From Candidatus Latescibacterota bacterium (lineage in GTDB: Bacteria; Latescibacterota; UBA2968): a stretch of 64,000 nt of DNA. The translations under genes were made by a program, and so were the position numbers. A model generated the notes under the pieces. The model made no database searches. It worked only from the letters and a program-made list of their open reading frames with translations, and was not told the origin of the DNA. Location: NCBI GenBank assembly GCA_965116885.1, contig OZ220741.1:3552001-3616000 (forward strand), written 5' to 3'. Of the stretch, positions 29,030 through 40,200 are shown in pieces (position 1 is the first letter of the stretch; every line of letters starts with the position of its first letter).

Positions 29030-31018
29030 CTACGCAGAGGACAGTTCAATTCTCTTCATCACCCGCTCCAATACCCACTCCCTGACGATGCCATCTCGCT
29101 GCCCACCGAGACCGCTTGTGTAATTGTTCTTTTCGAGCTGCGCGTTGTGTTCCGGCCCGAACATCTCCTGTTTGTTTATGGCTTGCTTTAGGGCGGGAAT
29201 AAGCGGTGCCATAGGCTGCAGTTCTTCGCGGCTGCGGTATGACAGATAGGCACCTGCCCGTAGCCGCGCCCAGAGGATATCGCTCGATAGCGCGCGCTCA
29301 AAAGCGGGCAGGGCAAGGACGCCTTCACCTGCCCGCACCAGATAGTCCCCAGCGGCCAGGCTGACGCTGATTGAGGGATCGTCCAGTAGGGGGGATAGGT
29401 GCTCGATCATCGCGCGTTCTACACCGAGTGAGCAAAGGCCGGTAACGGCCCAGAAACGCACGGCGCTGTCGGGATCGCCAAGTCGTTTTGCGAGTTCTTC
29501 CTTTGCTTCTTCGCCCATGCGCGCCAGGTCTGCTGTTTTTAGGATCCGCTCGTAATTATCACAGTGCGCCCCGACTGCATGACTCACACCATTGTACTGC
29601 TCGGCTCGCGCGGCAATCTCCGGTTCATCGATCAGCCCCAGGTCGCGGGTCTCGATCATCCAGTCGAACAATTTTTGCCGCAACTCATCCACGACGTCGC
29701 TGTAAGCGGGATCATCTGCCAGGTTATTTATCTCTTCAGGATCTTTTTCGATATCGTATAACTCTTCGGCGGGTTTGTGATCCTGCCAGATCTGAAACTG
29801 CCGGTAATGCTCAGGTAGCCCGTCCTGTCTAATCATGACCGGCGGGCCGAGCATCAGAAATACGCCGTCGGGGTCGTGGACCTTCTGTTTGCCGGGTAGG
29901 CAAGAGGTCTCCCAGAAGGCGCGTTCCGGCGTTCCTTCCTCCGGGACCTTCGCGAAGAACCCGCCGTCTGGATAGAACGAAGCGTATGGCTGGTGGGGGA
30001 GGAAGTTGCGGATATAACGGTATTTGTGGGTGCGGATTGTGCGGATCACTTCCGGGTTGTTGTCCAGCCGATCCCTGGCACTGCAGACGAAATCTCTCGG
30101 TTCATCTCTGTTGGGGCCGCACAGGTTGCGACTCTGGATGTGTTCGGCGATCGGGATGCCTGATAGCTGCAGGGTCGTCGCGCAGAGGTCCAGGTGCAGG
30201 ACGAGTTCATCAACCGCACTGCCGGGTTCTGCCGGGGATAGGTGCTGATATTTTTTCGGGAATCGCATGATCAGCGGAATACTCAATCCGTCGTCGTAGG
30301 CGTGGATCTTGCCCCGGGGATACCCTGCGCCGTGGTCTCCCCAATAGACCACAATGGTGTCTTCACTGTGCCCCTGCGCTTCAAGCTCGTCCAGGATCTC
30401 TCCTACCTGCTTATCGACGTTGGTAAGGGCGTCGTAGAAGAGCGCCATCCGTTCCCTGAATAGGGGCGTGTCGGGAACGAAGCTCGGAACCGGCACATCA
30501 TTCGGGTCGTGCAACTCGTCGTCGCTCAAGAGTGAGGAACGCGCTTTCCGCGCATCCTCGGGCGTCAGTTTGAATACACTGGCGTGGGAACTGCCCAGTC
30601 TGTAATACATGAAGAACGGCTTGTCTTCAGGGCGATTCTCCCAGAAATCTTCAGCGTTGTAATACTGTTCACGCTCCTCTTTGGAGACGTAAAGGTTGAT
30701 GTCATTGTCCGGCTGCGTGCAGGCATAACCGGCGTCCGTCAGCATTGTGTTTAACAACTCAACGCCTGCGGGGCGGATGATCGCGCTGCGGTGATGATGC
30801 GTGCCCAGTGTCGTGGGATGCATGCCGGTATAGATGCCGGTGCGCGATGGTGAGCAGATTGGGCCGGCGGTGAACGCGTTGGTGTAGCGCACCCCTTCTG
30901 CCGCCAATCGGTCAATATTGGGCGTATCCGCATATTGATCTCCGTAGCAACCGTAGTTCCAGGCACTGGAGTCGTGGTTACTGATCCAGAGAAAATTGGG
31001 TCTGTCTTGTTTGGTCAT
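29030..31018 (-). CDS. Sulfatase (sulfamidase-like) with C-terminal HEAT-like repeats
   Basis: CSPSR, GDHG, ARDRLD, YIRNF; C-terminal LGDPDSAVRFWAVTGL and LLDDPSISVSLAA repeats. Confidence 0.88.
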   Translation of the reverse strand: MTKQDRPNFLWISNHDSSAWNYGCYGDQYADTPNIDRLAAEGVRYTNAFTAGPICSPSRTGIYTGMHPTTLGTHHHRSAIIRPAGVELLNTMLTDAGYACTQPDNDINLYVSKEEREQYYNAEDFWENRPEDKPFFMYYRLGSSHASVFKLTPEDARKARSSLLSDDELHDPNDVPVPSFVPDTPLFRERMALFYDALTNVDKQVGEILDELEAQGHSEDTIVVYWGDHGAGYPRGKIHAYDDGLSIPLIMRFPKKYQHLSPAEPGSAVDELVLHLDLCATTLQLSGIPIAEHIQSRNLCGPNRDEPRDFVCSARDRLDNNPEVIRTIRTHKYRYIRNFLPHQPYASFYPDGGFFAKVPEEGTPERAFWETSCLPGKQKVHDPDGVFLMLGPPVMIRQDGLPEHYRQFQIWQDHKPAEELYDIEKDPEEINNLADDPAYSDVVDELRQKLFDWMIETRDLGLIDEPEIAARAEQYNGVSHAVGAHCDNYERILKTADLARMGEEAKEELAKRLGDPDSAVRFWAVTGLCSLGVERAMIEHLSPLLDDPSISVSLAAGDYLVRAGEGVLALPAFERALSSDILWARLRAGAYLSYRSREELQPMAPLIPALKQAINKQEMFGPEHNAQLEKNNYTSGLGGQRDGIVREWVLERVMKRIELSSA

Positions 31019-31090
31019 ATATCTGGTTCTCCAAATGTATCAGACGGTAAAAATGCGAACTGTCAATCGCGTTGTAACCTCTCACCATTT

Positions 31091-32464
31091 CTAATCTATA
31101 ATCAGAAATCCTTTCGCTTTACACAGTTCACTGTCTTTCCACCCGTAAAAGAGGAGCATGCCATCTCTTACATTTCCTTTTGGATCTTTAACCGGTTGAA
31201 TATTGTTGAATTTCCAACCGGCATACTCCGGGGCACATGGCGTCAAATCTCTCACTCTTTGCCAGGTGAATCCACTATCTGTGGAGATCCACTCTTCAAT
31301 ATCTCCTCCACCTCTGGAGTCCATGTTGCCGCATTTTCCTTTTATAAATTTGTGATCACCTACTATCAGATAAGCATGCAGCGTGCCACTTTCATCCAGC
31401 CTGAGATAGCAACTGTTCCAATCATCAGTGGCAGGGGTGATACCCGTCTGTATCCATTCGTGATTGATATACCTCACATAATAGTAATTGCACCTGTCGG
31501 GCACATCTTCCGATAGCACATGCAAAAAGGCCGGATTGTCATTTTCATCTATGACAATATCAGGTGGAACGCCTGCGCCTCGCCAATCGGTATCCCAAAT
31601 TTTGCATTTGTCATTTGCAGTGCCAATATCAATGGGCGTTCTGACTGTCTCGCCATCAAAATTCGCAACCTCATGCGTTTGAAGGTTGATTTTTACATAA
31701 TAGAGGTTGTATTTGAGCCCGAGATTCTTTTTGGTTCCATAACGAGGATTGTAAAACTTTTCTGGGATATCCTTTTTATTGTCATCATAAGAACAAAATA
31801 CGGCGTGCAAAAACTTTCCATCTTTACTCGGAAAGCAAGTGTGATAAGAAGACCACTCATTCAAGTCCATCGGATCATCTACTGTTGCTGTTTCTTCTCC
31901 CATGTTTAAATCTGTGACATCATTTTCAGGCCCTGACCAGGTCTTACCTTCATCGTCTGAAATTAAATATGACCACGAACTTCTGTGCTCTCCTGTTCGG
32001 AAATAAACCACTTGTCTATTATTGTATATGTGATAAACCGTAGGATAGGAAAGCGAGTTTCTTATTTCAGGGGCTGGATACCAGTCTTTTACACTGTTTC
32101 CAATATCCGCTACCTTTTTGGATATTAAATGTGTTCCTGGCGTTCTGTGACAACCCGACAAAATATGTAAAAAGTCATCATTATCAGCCCAGATTATGGG
32201 GCAATAATGCTGGTCGTTTGAGCCTTTGGTCCCCAGTTGTAGGGGAGACGAAAAGGACTTTGTCTCAGGGTTAAGAGAAATAACAAAAGGATATGTCTTT
32301 TCCTTGGTCTCAGCATCCATTGGTGCCCCGCCATTATAGACGATATATACTCGATTGTTGATAAAGATGGCTTGAGGGCGCTGCCTTCTGTCATAGATCA
32401 TTTTTAATTGTCCCCCACTTCCAAAGGGAACAACGGAAAAATCCATTTGTTTCTCAGTATCCAC
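31091..32464 (-). CDS. BNR/Asp-box beta-propeller protein (BNR_4-like, possible lyase)
   Basis: Asp-boxes SDDEGKTW and STDSGFTW; DQH..I..D..LHI..CH; SYP. GTG start after GGAGG (the track start at 32638 overlaps rhaM). Confidence 0.75.
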   Translation of the reverse strand: MDTEKQMDFSVVPFGSGGQLKMIYDRRQRPQAIFINNRVYIVYNGGAPMDAETKEKTYPFVISLNPETKSFSSPLQLGTKGSNDQHYCPIIWADNDDFLHILSGCHRTPGTHLISKKVADIGNSVKDWYPAPEIRNSLSYPTVYHIYNNRQVVYFRTGEHRSSWSYLISDDEGKTWSGPENDVTDLNMGEETATVDDPMDLNEWSSYHTCFPSKDGKFLHAVFCSYDDNKKDIPEKFYNPRYGTKKNLGLKYNLYYVKINLQTHEVANFDGETVRTPIDIGTANDKCKIWDTDWRGAGVPPDIVIDENDNPAFLHVLSEDVPDRCNYYYVRYINHEWIQTGITPATDDWNSCYLRLDESGTLHAYLIVGDHKFIKGKCGNMDSRGGGDIEEWISTDSGFTWQRVRDLTPCAPEYAGWKFNNIQPVKDPKGNVRDGMLLFYGWKDSELCKAKGFLIID

Positions 32465-32516
32465 AGCCTGACCTCCAAATGCAATTGGTAAAATAAGTTC
32501 GCATGGTGAAGTTTCT

Positions 32517-32831
32517 TCAATCTTGATGAAATACCTCGCGCAGTGGTATGCAGACCGGCGAGTTGTCGGGATTGGTGTCCATGATATCGGCCATGTAGGC
32601 CCACCACTTCTTGACGATTGCGGTCTCCGGCAACTCATCTGCAGTATTGTCGTCGGTCAGCTTCTGCACGGCAAAGAGTGTCAGCGTCTCCTCATCGAGA
32701 AAAATTGAATAGTCCGAGACGCCAGCTTTGCCCAATTCTTCAGCCAGTTCGGGCCAAATTTCGTCGTGGCGCTTTTTGTACTCGGCTTCGTAACCGGGCT
32801 TTAGCTGCATCTTGAAAGCATTGCGTTGCAT
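32517..32831 (-). CDS. rhaM: L-rhamnose mutarotase
   Basis: AFKMQLKPG..EYKKRHDEIWPEL, DYSIFLD, KWWAYMADIM, LREVFH. Confidence 0.95.
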   Translation of the reverse strand: MQRNAFKMQLKPGYEAEYKKRHDEIWPELAEELGKAGVSDYSIFLDEETLTLFAVQKLTDDNTADELPETAIVKKWWAYMADIMDTNPDNSPVCIPLREVFHQD

Positions 32832-32865
32832 GATATTTTACTCCTGACTTCGAGGATGAAGGGTG

Positions 32866-34965
32866 TTAGCATTCGTCCCTTGAATTGTTGTTAAAGTCGA
32901 GGTTGAGTTTGTAATCGCCCTTGCAAATTTCAATCTGGCCGCTATCATAATTGGATTGGATATAAGGGCTGTCGAAAACTTTTGGGTGCTCATAATCGAC
33001 ATACTTTCCACCAACTGTAGGCACATCGCTTGTATTGGCCGCATTAAATACCATTTCTGCCATTTCAGGCGCGGCACTCTTATAAACGACAACAATGCCT
33101 GTTTCTCTTGTTACCACGGTTCTATAGAGTGTGAGTTCGCCCTGCAAAATCATACGCTTAAAACTTTCCAATGTTGGGTGATCTGCCTTGCGACCTGCTT
33201 CTATCAGAACGGGACTGTATCTGTTGGTCAGTTGCAAAAACGTCCGATCGTTATTGAATCTATAGCTGTCGTTTCTAAGAACCACATTGCCCCGGTACCT
33301 GTCGGTCCCTTTTGCCCAGGCTTTGGCATCGGCCTCTGCTTCCAAAAGAATAACCCGTATTGCCACATAGACATTTCCCTTCTCTGCAAATATCCATCCA
33401 TCTGTTTCATCAATACGATCCCATCCGTTGCCTAAGAATAACCCGAATTCCCGATCATACCGATTGTCATTGGCTGGATACCAGTCTGGATTGGATTGTG
33501 CCCAACGTCTTCTTTGTTGGGTGATCAGTACTTGCTTATGCTGGACGCTGTGATACACCAATTCCATATCGTAGATATTTTCACCTTCGCGTTCTCCTTC
33601 TGGCGTATCCAGTGCAATGGTTGCCAGACGGGTGTTGGGATCTCTGGTCACCAGACCTTGCCAGCGCCCGGCGGTTGATAGGTGGTTGTAAAGCGCATAA
33701 GGGTGATCCATCTGAGTCCCCAGCACATAATCTGGCGTTATCCAGGTGTATTTGACAAACCGCGATGGCGTATCTCCCATCACGGTGCGCTCCGTCCCCA
33801 ATGGACGAGGGCTGGTAGGTTCTTCTTCTCCAATGCCTCGAGAGAGATATGCAAATGACCCGAGCCCTTTTCGATCCAGAGCCAATTCCCATACGACTCT
33901 TGGCCAGGCGTAGTCGCTTAAGAGTTGTTGTGGATAGTTGAACGAGGTTTTGCCCTCACCACCCAGATAGAAAATGGCGAGATCCGACATAGAATCGTAC
34001 CCACCAACAGTCTTGTGATGGCGCGTTTTGGGACCACCTCGTAAACCTGCAATTTGTAGCTGTGCCCAATCGGTCCACATCAGATCTAAAAACATGCCAA
34101 TTTTCTTTTTTAGCCCCTCATCACCACAGAAATTGTAGAGCATAAGAATATAACTGATGGTGTACTTCATATAGGTAGGCGAACCATTTTCAAGAAAGAA
34201 TCCCCGCTTTGCACGCTCAGTGAAATAGTCATTGAGATAGGGCAACCAGGCATCGTAATGATCGGCTGCGTTATAAGATTTTCCATCCGCCCAATTTGCG
34301 CGCCCACCACCGTGTCGATCATTGCTGCCCTGCCCACAATAGCCCGACTCGCCGTATCCGATGCCATCTCCATAACCGAGGTCGGGATAAATGCGGTCAA
34401 CATACTCGGGTTCATTGGCAAAAATACGCGCACTTAAAAGATTACAGGCTTTTGTATTCAGGTCGTGATTCTCACTACCCGCGATCCACCAGGTGCTCTT
34501 TTTTGCGACAGAAATATCATTTTTGTACCTGGTTCGCGCCCATAGTAAAGCCAGCAAAGTTCGCTCTGTTTCAGGCGTGAGTCGATTTGGCATCTGTGTA
34601 CTTTTAGACCCAAACCAATTGTAGAATGTAATCAGCCTTGGATTGCGCCACAGGCTGTAGAGACTCTGCCCGGGTTGTATGCCTTTCTCCTCACATTCTG
34701 CGAGATTTGCCAGTTCGATTTGAAAATCTATCGTCAATTCTTTGTTGACTTCGTTTAGATTTTGGTTGAGCCACATCTGATCAAATAGCTGGCGGTCTTT
34801 GCCCGAGAAATCTGATTTTGCACCTGCTTCAAAGGCTTGTTGAATGCGTTGGGGGCGCGTTTCCAATTCTTTTGCCATCAATTCGGTGATACGCTTGTCG
34901 ATGGGTGAATCACCAAATTCCAGAAGGGATCGAAACCAACTGTTTTTAGCATCTGCTTCAGGCAT
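32866..34965 (-). CDS. Uncharacterised protein, lyase-like; homologous to the C-terminal half of 37232-41029
   Basis: SENH, ENGSPTY and WAQ..I.G..GG..R motifs. Start set at MPEADAK directly after the upstream stop. Confidence 0.75.
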   Translation of the reverse strand: MPEADAKNSWFRSLLEFGDSPIDKRITELMAKELETRPQRIQQAFEAGAKSDFSGKDRQLFDQMWLNQNLNEVNKELTIDFQIELANLAECEEKGIQPGQSLYSLWRNPRLITFYNWFGSKSTQMPNRLTPETERTLLALLWARTRYKNDISVAKKSTWWIAGSENHDLNTKACNLLSARIFANEPEYVDRIYPDLGYGDGIGYGESGYCGQGSNDRHGGGRANWADGKSYNAADHYDAWLPYLNDYFTERAKRGFFLENGSPTYMKYTISYILMLYNFCGDEGLKKKIGMFLDLMWTDWAQLQIAGLRGGPKTRHHKTVGGYDSMSDLAIFYLGGEGKTSFNYPQQLLSDYAWPRVVWELALDRKGLGSFAYLSRGIGEEEPTSPRPLGTERTVMGDTPSRFVKYTWITPDYVLGTQMDHPYALYNHLSTAGRWQGLVTRDPNTRLATIALDTPEGEREGENIYDMELVYHSVQHKQVLITQQRRRWAQSNPDWYPANDNRYDREFGLFLGNGWDRIDETDGWIFAEKGNVYVAIRVILLEAEADAKAWAKGTDRYRGNVVLRNDSYRFNNDRTFLQLTNRYSPVLIEAGRKADHPTLESFKRMILQGELTLYRTVVTRETGIVVVYKSAAPEMAEMVFNAANTSDVPTVGGKYVDYEHPKVFDSPYIQSNYDSGQIEICKGDYKLNLDFNNNSRDEC

Positions 34966-34966
34966 A

Positions 34967-37186
34967 TTATTGCTCCACTGTATCGGTATCAAATGCCCAT
35001 CCGTCCCACATGTTGTCAACGGTCGCTGGTACATCCTCTCGAAAGTTTCGGGTATCGACCCACCACTGACGGTTTGGTGATGGTCCATGCGACAGGTTAA
35101 AATATGGCGTCATACCATCTCGTTGATACTCACAGGGGACAACGAGACGCACGACAGGTCGATCGCGGTCAGCAGAGCGGTTGACACCTCCCCCGTGAAT
35201 AAGGCGAGGATGCCAGAAAACAACGTCTCCTGCTTTGCCGGAAAATTCCACTGGCGCAATCTCTCGCAGCACATTGTCACGGGCTTTGCTATACGGCTCT
35301 GCGAGGTCGGGGTCAAGGGGACCGTAAACAGTCGTGTGATACAGGTGACTCATGTAATGTGACCCCGGCCAGATTGTAAAGCCACCAGAGTGCGGAGGCA
35401 CCGTATCTACAAAAACCATTGCAGACAATTGAGCCGCTGTATGGTCTCCATGGGGAGCCAAACGACTTTCTGAATTTGGTGGTTTTGGAAATATACAATA
35501 GACCCCGCGTACCCGGTTTGAACGCTTAACCGGCTCGCCGATAAACAATGAAACCAACTGCCGCATACGTGGATGGTTGGCGATCTTATCGACAAAAAAA
35601 GGCTCTGTACCAATTTTGCGCGAGCGCATCTTCCATGTGCCGCGAGAAAAGTGCCCTGCCTTTTCGGCATCTGCCTCTGTCCACTGTCCGTGTGGCGCAT
35701 CGAACCACGTTTGCACATCGTCGCGTTTGACAATTTCACGCGGCACATTTTCCCACACATAATCCACGATCCGGTCAAACGTCTCCGTCTCTTGCAGAAA
35801 CCCGCGTTTCACAATAAAACCATTCTCTTTGAAAAACGCGACTTCGGCTTCGCTGAGGGTTGGGTCTCCGTTCACAAATTCTGGATCGGGCAAGAGGGTG
35901 GGGTCTCCGTTCGCAAATTCTGGATTGACCAATACATGGGGATCGCGGATGACGACGTCTTCGGAAATTCTGAGCGCGTGTAAACCGCTTCCTTCAAATG
36001 GCGGCACCACAAGATTGTAGAATTGTTGCGCTTTCTCTTTCTGATTCATGCATGCCAATTCGGCTTTCACAGGCTCAAAATCCATATCTAAATAAAGGTA
36101 AGCGGCGAGCCTCAGACATCTAAATGCTGGCTCCCCAGAAAAGGGTTGGATCTGTGGAAGCGTCCACTCGAGATCGCCCGTCCAGTAGGGAAGAAGCCAA
36201 TCAAAGGCGCGTCGCATGGATCGCCCATCGGCAGATTCAAAATTGGCGAGATCAATACCCCACTGTCGGCCAATTTCAGCGAGTTCTAAAAGCAGCTCCA
36301 AATTCATACTCGCGTATCCAAGTGATTTTGTGCGTGCGAGTTCCAGCGGCTGTTGACCATCTGGCTCAATCTGATTGGCAATCCTTCTTTCTCCCACCCC
36401 TTTTAATATCATTCGCGCAAGATCTGATTGTCCTACAAAAAGCGCGAATGTCACAACCTGAACATCATAAGAACTCGAATGGTTATTGCCGTGACGCGCT
36501 TCGTCAACGCCATAAGGATGCTTCAACATCCATTCGAGAAACGCATGAAACCAGGCTTGCAAATCTTCCATATCTTTTTTCGACCAGTTCTTAGAGTCGC
36601 GCAAAAAACTGACCGCAGGGAGCATCTCGCGTGCAAATGCAGCCGTCTCAATAAGCCCGATACCTCGCCCTTCGCATATCCCGGGTATGGCCTGTCCAAA
36701 CAAGAGGTTTGGGTTCATCCTGGTTTCGGGATTCATAAACCATGTTCGCAACAACAATGCAGCATGTGCCGCGTAGTCTTCTCGATGTGTAAAACCATAC
36801 GCAAACCCCAGTGTTTTCACTGTTGAAATGAATTTTGCCAATAAAGGGCGGTCCGTTTTTTCGACCTCGGGATTGACCTCGCCATCTCGTCGGATATATG
36901 GCAAACCGTCGGGCTTATCGGGGTCTGGCCACCAGTAAGGCCCAACACTCATGTAATCGTGTTTGTCACCACTGGCAGGCAAGATCGGTTTGTTCACAAT
37001 GGTCAGCGGTTCCTGCTGCAAAGCGGCATCCGCTTTCACAAGCAAGGCTTTAAGGGCTTGCCCACACGGGTTATCTTCCCGTTTGCTCAACGAGCGCGCC
37101 CGCTTGATGTAGTCGGGATCTACTGTAAATATGGGTTCAGCCGGTGAAAACGCCTTGAGCAGATCAACTTCTTTGTCCGGATACAT
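34967..37186 (-). CDS. Fusion: alginate/glucuronan lyase-like domain (PF05426/PL38-type) plus PhyH dioxygenase domain
   Basis: N-half DYMSVGPYWWPDP..PYIRRDG.VNP, GQAIPG, NNH; C-half FFKENGFIV, PHGD, IWPGSH, GDVVFWHPRLIHGG. Confidence 0.85.
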   Translation of the reverse strand: MYPDKEVDLLKAFSPAEPIFTVDPDYIKRARSLSKREDNPCGQALKALLVKADAALQQEPLTIVNKPILPASGDKHDYMSVGPYWWPDPDKPDGLPYIRRDGEVNPEVEKTDRPLLAKFISTVKTLGFAYGFTHREDYAAHAALLLRTWFMNPETRMNPNLLFGQAIPGICEGRGIGLIETAAFAREMLPAVSFLRDSKNWSKKDMEDLQAWFHAFLEWMLKHPYGVDEARHGNNHSSSYDVQVVTFALFVGQSDLARMILKGVGERRIANQIEPDGQQPLELARTKSLGYASMNLELLLELAEIGRQWGIDLANFESADGRSMRRAFDWLLPYWTGDLEWTLPQIQPFSGEPAFRCLRLAAYLYLDMDFEPVKAELACMNQKEKAQQFYNLVVPPFEGSGLHALRISEDVVIRDPHVLVNPEFANGDPTLLPDPEFVNGDPTLSEAEVAFFKENGFIVKRGFLQETETFDRIVDYVWENVPREIVKRDDVQTWFDAPHGQWTEADAEKAGHFSRGTWKMRSRKIGTEPFFVDKIANHPRMRQLVSLFIGEPVKRSNRVRGVYCIFPKPPNSESRLAPHGDHTAAQLSAMVFVDTVPPHSGGFTIWPGSHYMSHLYHTTVYGPLDPDLAEPYSKARDNVLREIAPVEFSGKAGDVVFWHPRLIHGGGVNRSADRDRPVVRLVVPCEYQRDGMTPYFNLSHGPSPNRQWWVDTRNFREDVPATVDNMWDGWAFDTDTVEQ
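35855..35925. repeat. In-frame tandem duplication (39-bp period) at the domain junction
   Basis: Two 32-nt copies (35855-35886, 35894-35925) with 2 mismatches, encoding PEFANGDPTL and PEFVNGDPTL. Confidence 0.9.
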
Positions 37187-37231
37187 GTGAATACTCCTGT
37201 TTTAAGTTGGTTATTGTAATTTGTCTTCTGC

Positions 37232-40200
37232 CTATTTTGTAAAATCGAGGATCTTCTTTCGCGTCCCCTTGCTGATGGTGACAACCCCGCTGTTCCACTC
37301 AGCATTGAGAAAGGGGCTTTCAAAGACTTTCTTTGGCGCGTAGTCGATCGGCTGGCCATTGATTGAGGGTACCGCTTTGGCGCTGGTATCAAAGGTGAGC
37401 TGATCGCCATAGATGGTTTTGTAGCTCAGCACCGTTTCATCCATATGAACTTCACAGGCCTTCACCTTTTTTTTGAAAGCGTCGAAACTCGTGACATCGC
37501 TCCTGGCCATGACTTCAATGATCACTGGTGCGTATTCGTCATTGGGGATCATGGTCGCGTTTTCGGGGACAAAACGATCCGTTTCAAACTCGCCATCCAT
37601 CCACTTGAAACCGCCTGTGGCCACGCGGATTGCCGCATAAGCGCCTTTGGCCTCGACATAGACCACACCATCCTCTTCCACTGGCGTGCCCAATCCGCTC
37701 TTCGACATCCAGATGATCATCTCGGCACCGCCCTTATGGTGCTTGAGCTTCTGGGTAATCAAGCTTCCCTTGCTCTGCACAGACCACTGTGCGTTCATGG
37801 CCACCCGGTTGTCTTTGGGGCGAGCGATGGGAACGATACGCGCATCGTGTTCGCCGGCAAAGATCACGCCTTGCCAGCGGTTTTGTGCACTGATCGCAGC
37901 CCAATCCTCCAGGGGCCTCGCTTCCGTCATCGGCGTTCCCATGATGAAGGCGGGATCACAGTAGCTGTAGCGCAGAATACCACCTCCATCGGTTCGCATC
38001 CTGGTCGGCACTTTTGTAGCAGCAATCTTCAAAGGGCGACCCGTTTTTCCCAGCCCCTGGGGACGCTGCCGCACCTCGTAGCGTCCTCGTCCTGCCACGT
38101 CGATTGCGATATCGGCCACCACGGCTGGTGGCCGGTAGTCGCTGAGAGCCGCGTTTACGTCATGACCATAAACAGCGGGCTGCTTGCCGATGCCAAAGTA
38201 GAACCAGGCCAGCGGCGCATTGCCATGATCCCGGTTTTGCTTAAGCCCTTTCCAAAAATAGATGCGCGACCGCCCACCACCTTGAACGCCGTCAATCTGT
38301 TCCTGCGCCCAATAGGCAAAATAAAGATCGAGCAACAGCCCGGCCGACCGTCTCACCTGCGGGTCACCAAAGTCGTAGAAATTGTAGAATCCCTTGATCA
38401 GTGTGCTGTTATAGTCGTCGCACATCATCTCGATGCACAGGCTTTTGCGCGCACGTTCACGGCAGTAGATCACAAAATACGCATTCCAGGCCCGATAGTG
38501 TTCCGCCGCGGTAGCGCCGTCATCATACTTGAGATCCCTGTATTCGGGCCGATCTTTCGCGATTTTGGCAAACTGCCAGCAGACCGTAAAACTCATGGCA
38601 TGATGATTCTCCGACAGGTAGATGTGCCAGGTCTTAGATTTCTCGTATTCCGCCTTATCAAGTCGGGAAACCTTTCTGACGTACTCCCAAATCGGCTTGA
38701 GAGCGAGGGCTTCGGTCTTTTTGGTGATGCGATTACTACCATCGGTGCCGTACATCTCAATCAGTCGCATGACGATCTCCGCATGCCAGTGAAAACTGTC
38801 GCGGTCATTGATGTCCAGGGGGTTGTCGAGATAATGCTGGGCATTTTCGGCAAGTGCGGCATTGGCTTCTTCCAGCATCTCGTTCAGGTAGAGGCAACGT
38901 GCGGCAAATCCCACCATGGAATAGGAATAGGCTCGCACATAATTTCCTCGCCCTGGATCGAGAGGCTTCTGCTTTTTTGCCCGCACCAACGGCTTGCCGG
39001 ATTCAGCGCGAAACATCGCATCCACGCGTTGGCCAAAGCCGGCCACGATCGCTTCGGGGGTAAAATTCTTCTTCACTGGTTCCGCTCCTTGTGGCTGACT
39101 GGTATCGATTTCCAGTTGTAAATAATCGTACATAACGCCAAAGTGGGGATAGTTCTGTCGTTGTCCGCGGTGTTTTTTTCGTGGGAGGAGGTCGAGCGTC
39201 AACACATTCTCCCCTGTACGCAACAGCGTCGCATCAAACGCGATAAAGTGCTCACTGAATCGCCCGTAGATGCCACTGCGAGGAAGCGCACTGTCGTTCT
39301 CCAAACCGGTAATTTTATCCAGAGATTTGCCATTGAGGCCGATAGCGATTCCCCCATCGCGATTCACCGACGCCAGGGCGATTGTGAGGGTCGCACGTCC
39401 GGACATTGGCTTGTCACCGCATTGAAATCGAATCTTCCAGGTAGGCAGTCGCCAGTTGCCCTTTCCAGTGCGATCAGCAGGCTGTATGCGGGGTTGCCAT
39501 CCACCTTTCTCTTCCCAAATTGCCATCTGTGCATAATTCCAGTCGCTTCGCTCTTTACTCTTGCCGATCGCGAAATCGACGTCCTCGGGAAAATCGTTCT
39601 GGTAATTGAACCATAGTCCCCAGTGACGATGGTCATCTCCACGTCGAAATTCAGCAGCAGTTCGGTCTGGTTTTCCGACACGCCAGAGCAACTTGCCGAA
39701 AGAGCGGGGTGACCACTGCAGACTGCCGAGTTTGATTTCGCCGGTTGCGTCGATCGTGACGTCGTCTTTTCTAAACTCGCCAATCATGTCAGGTGCAAAC
39801 GCATAAAGCGTATATTTTCCTTTTCGAACAGCCGGTATTGCAAAGGAACCATCATCCGCCATCCTGGCACGGTAGATGTAGTTCTCTGCGCCTTGCTGCT
39901 GCCAGCCCAGCCCTCGGTGTTCCTGGGGGCGCGCCAGAACGACCCATCCATTGCTGTGGTGTGTCAGACCCGTATCTTTGAATTGTCCCGTAACCACAGC
40001 CCTGTCGATCGGATACTCTGGATGTTCCAGCCAACTGTAGGGCCAGCGCTTTCGGTGTTTTTCACCCTCGCGCTTTGCATCATACCACAGATGCTGGGCA
40101 TCTTCACCTTTGTTCATATAAACAAAAACCGGCCCGAAGATCTTCTCCCATTTACCGCTGACATAATCTCCTCTGCTGCCGTAGTGGTGAGAATAAAGCA

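Noticed and set aside
37445..39121. 558-aa plus-strand ORF
   Set aside because: Antisense to the C-terminal domain of the PL4 fusion, which has a paralog nearby; no protein-like motifs.
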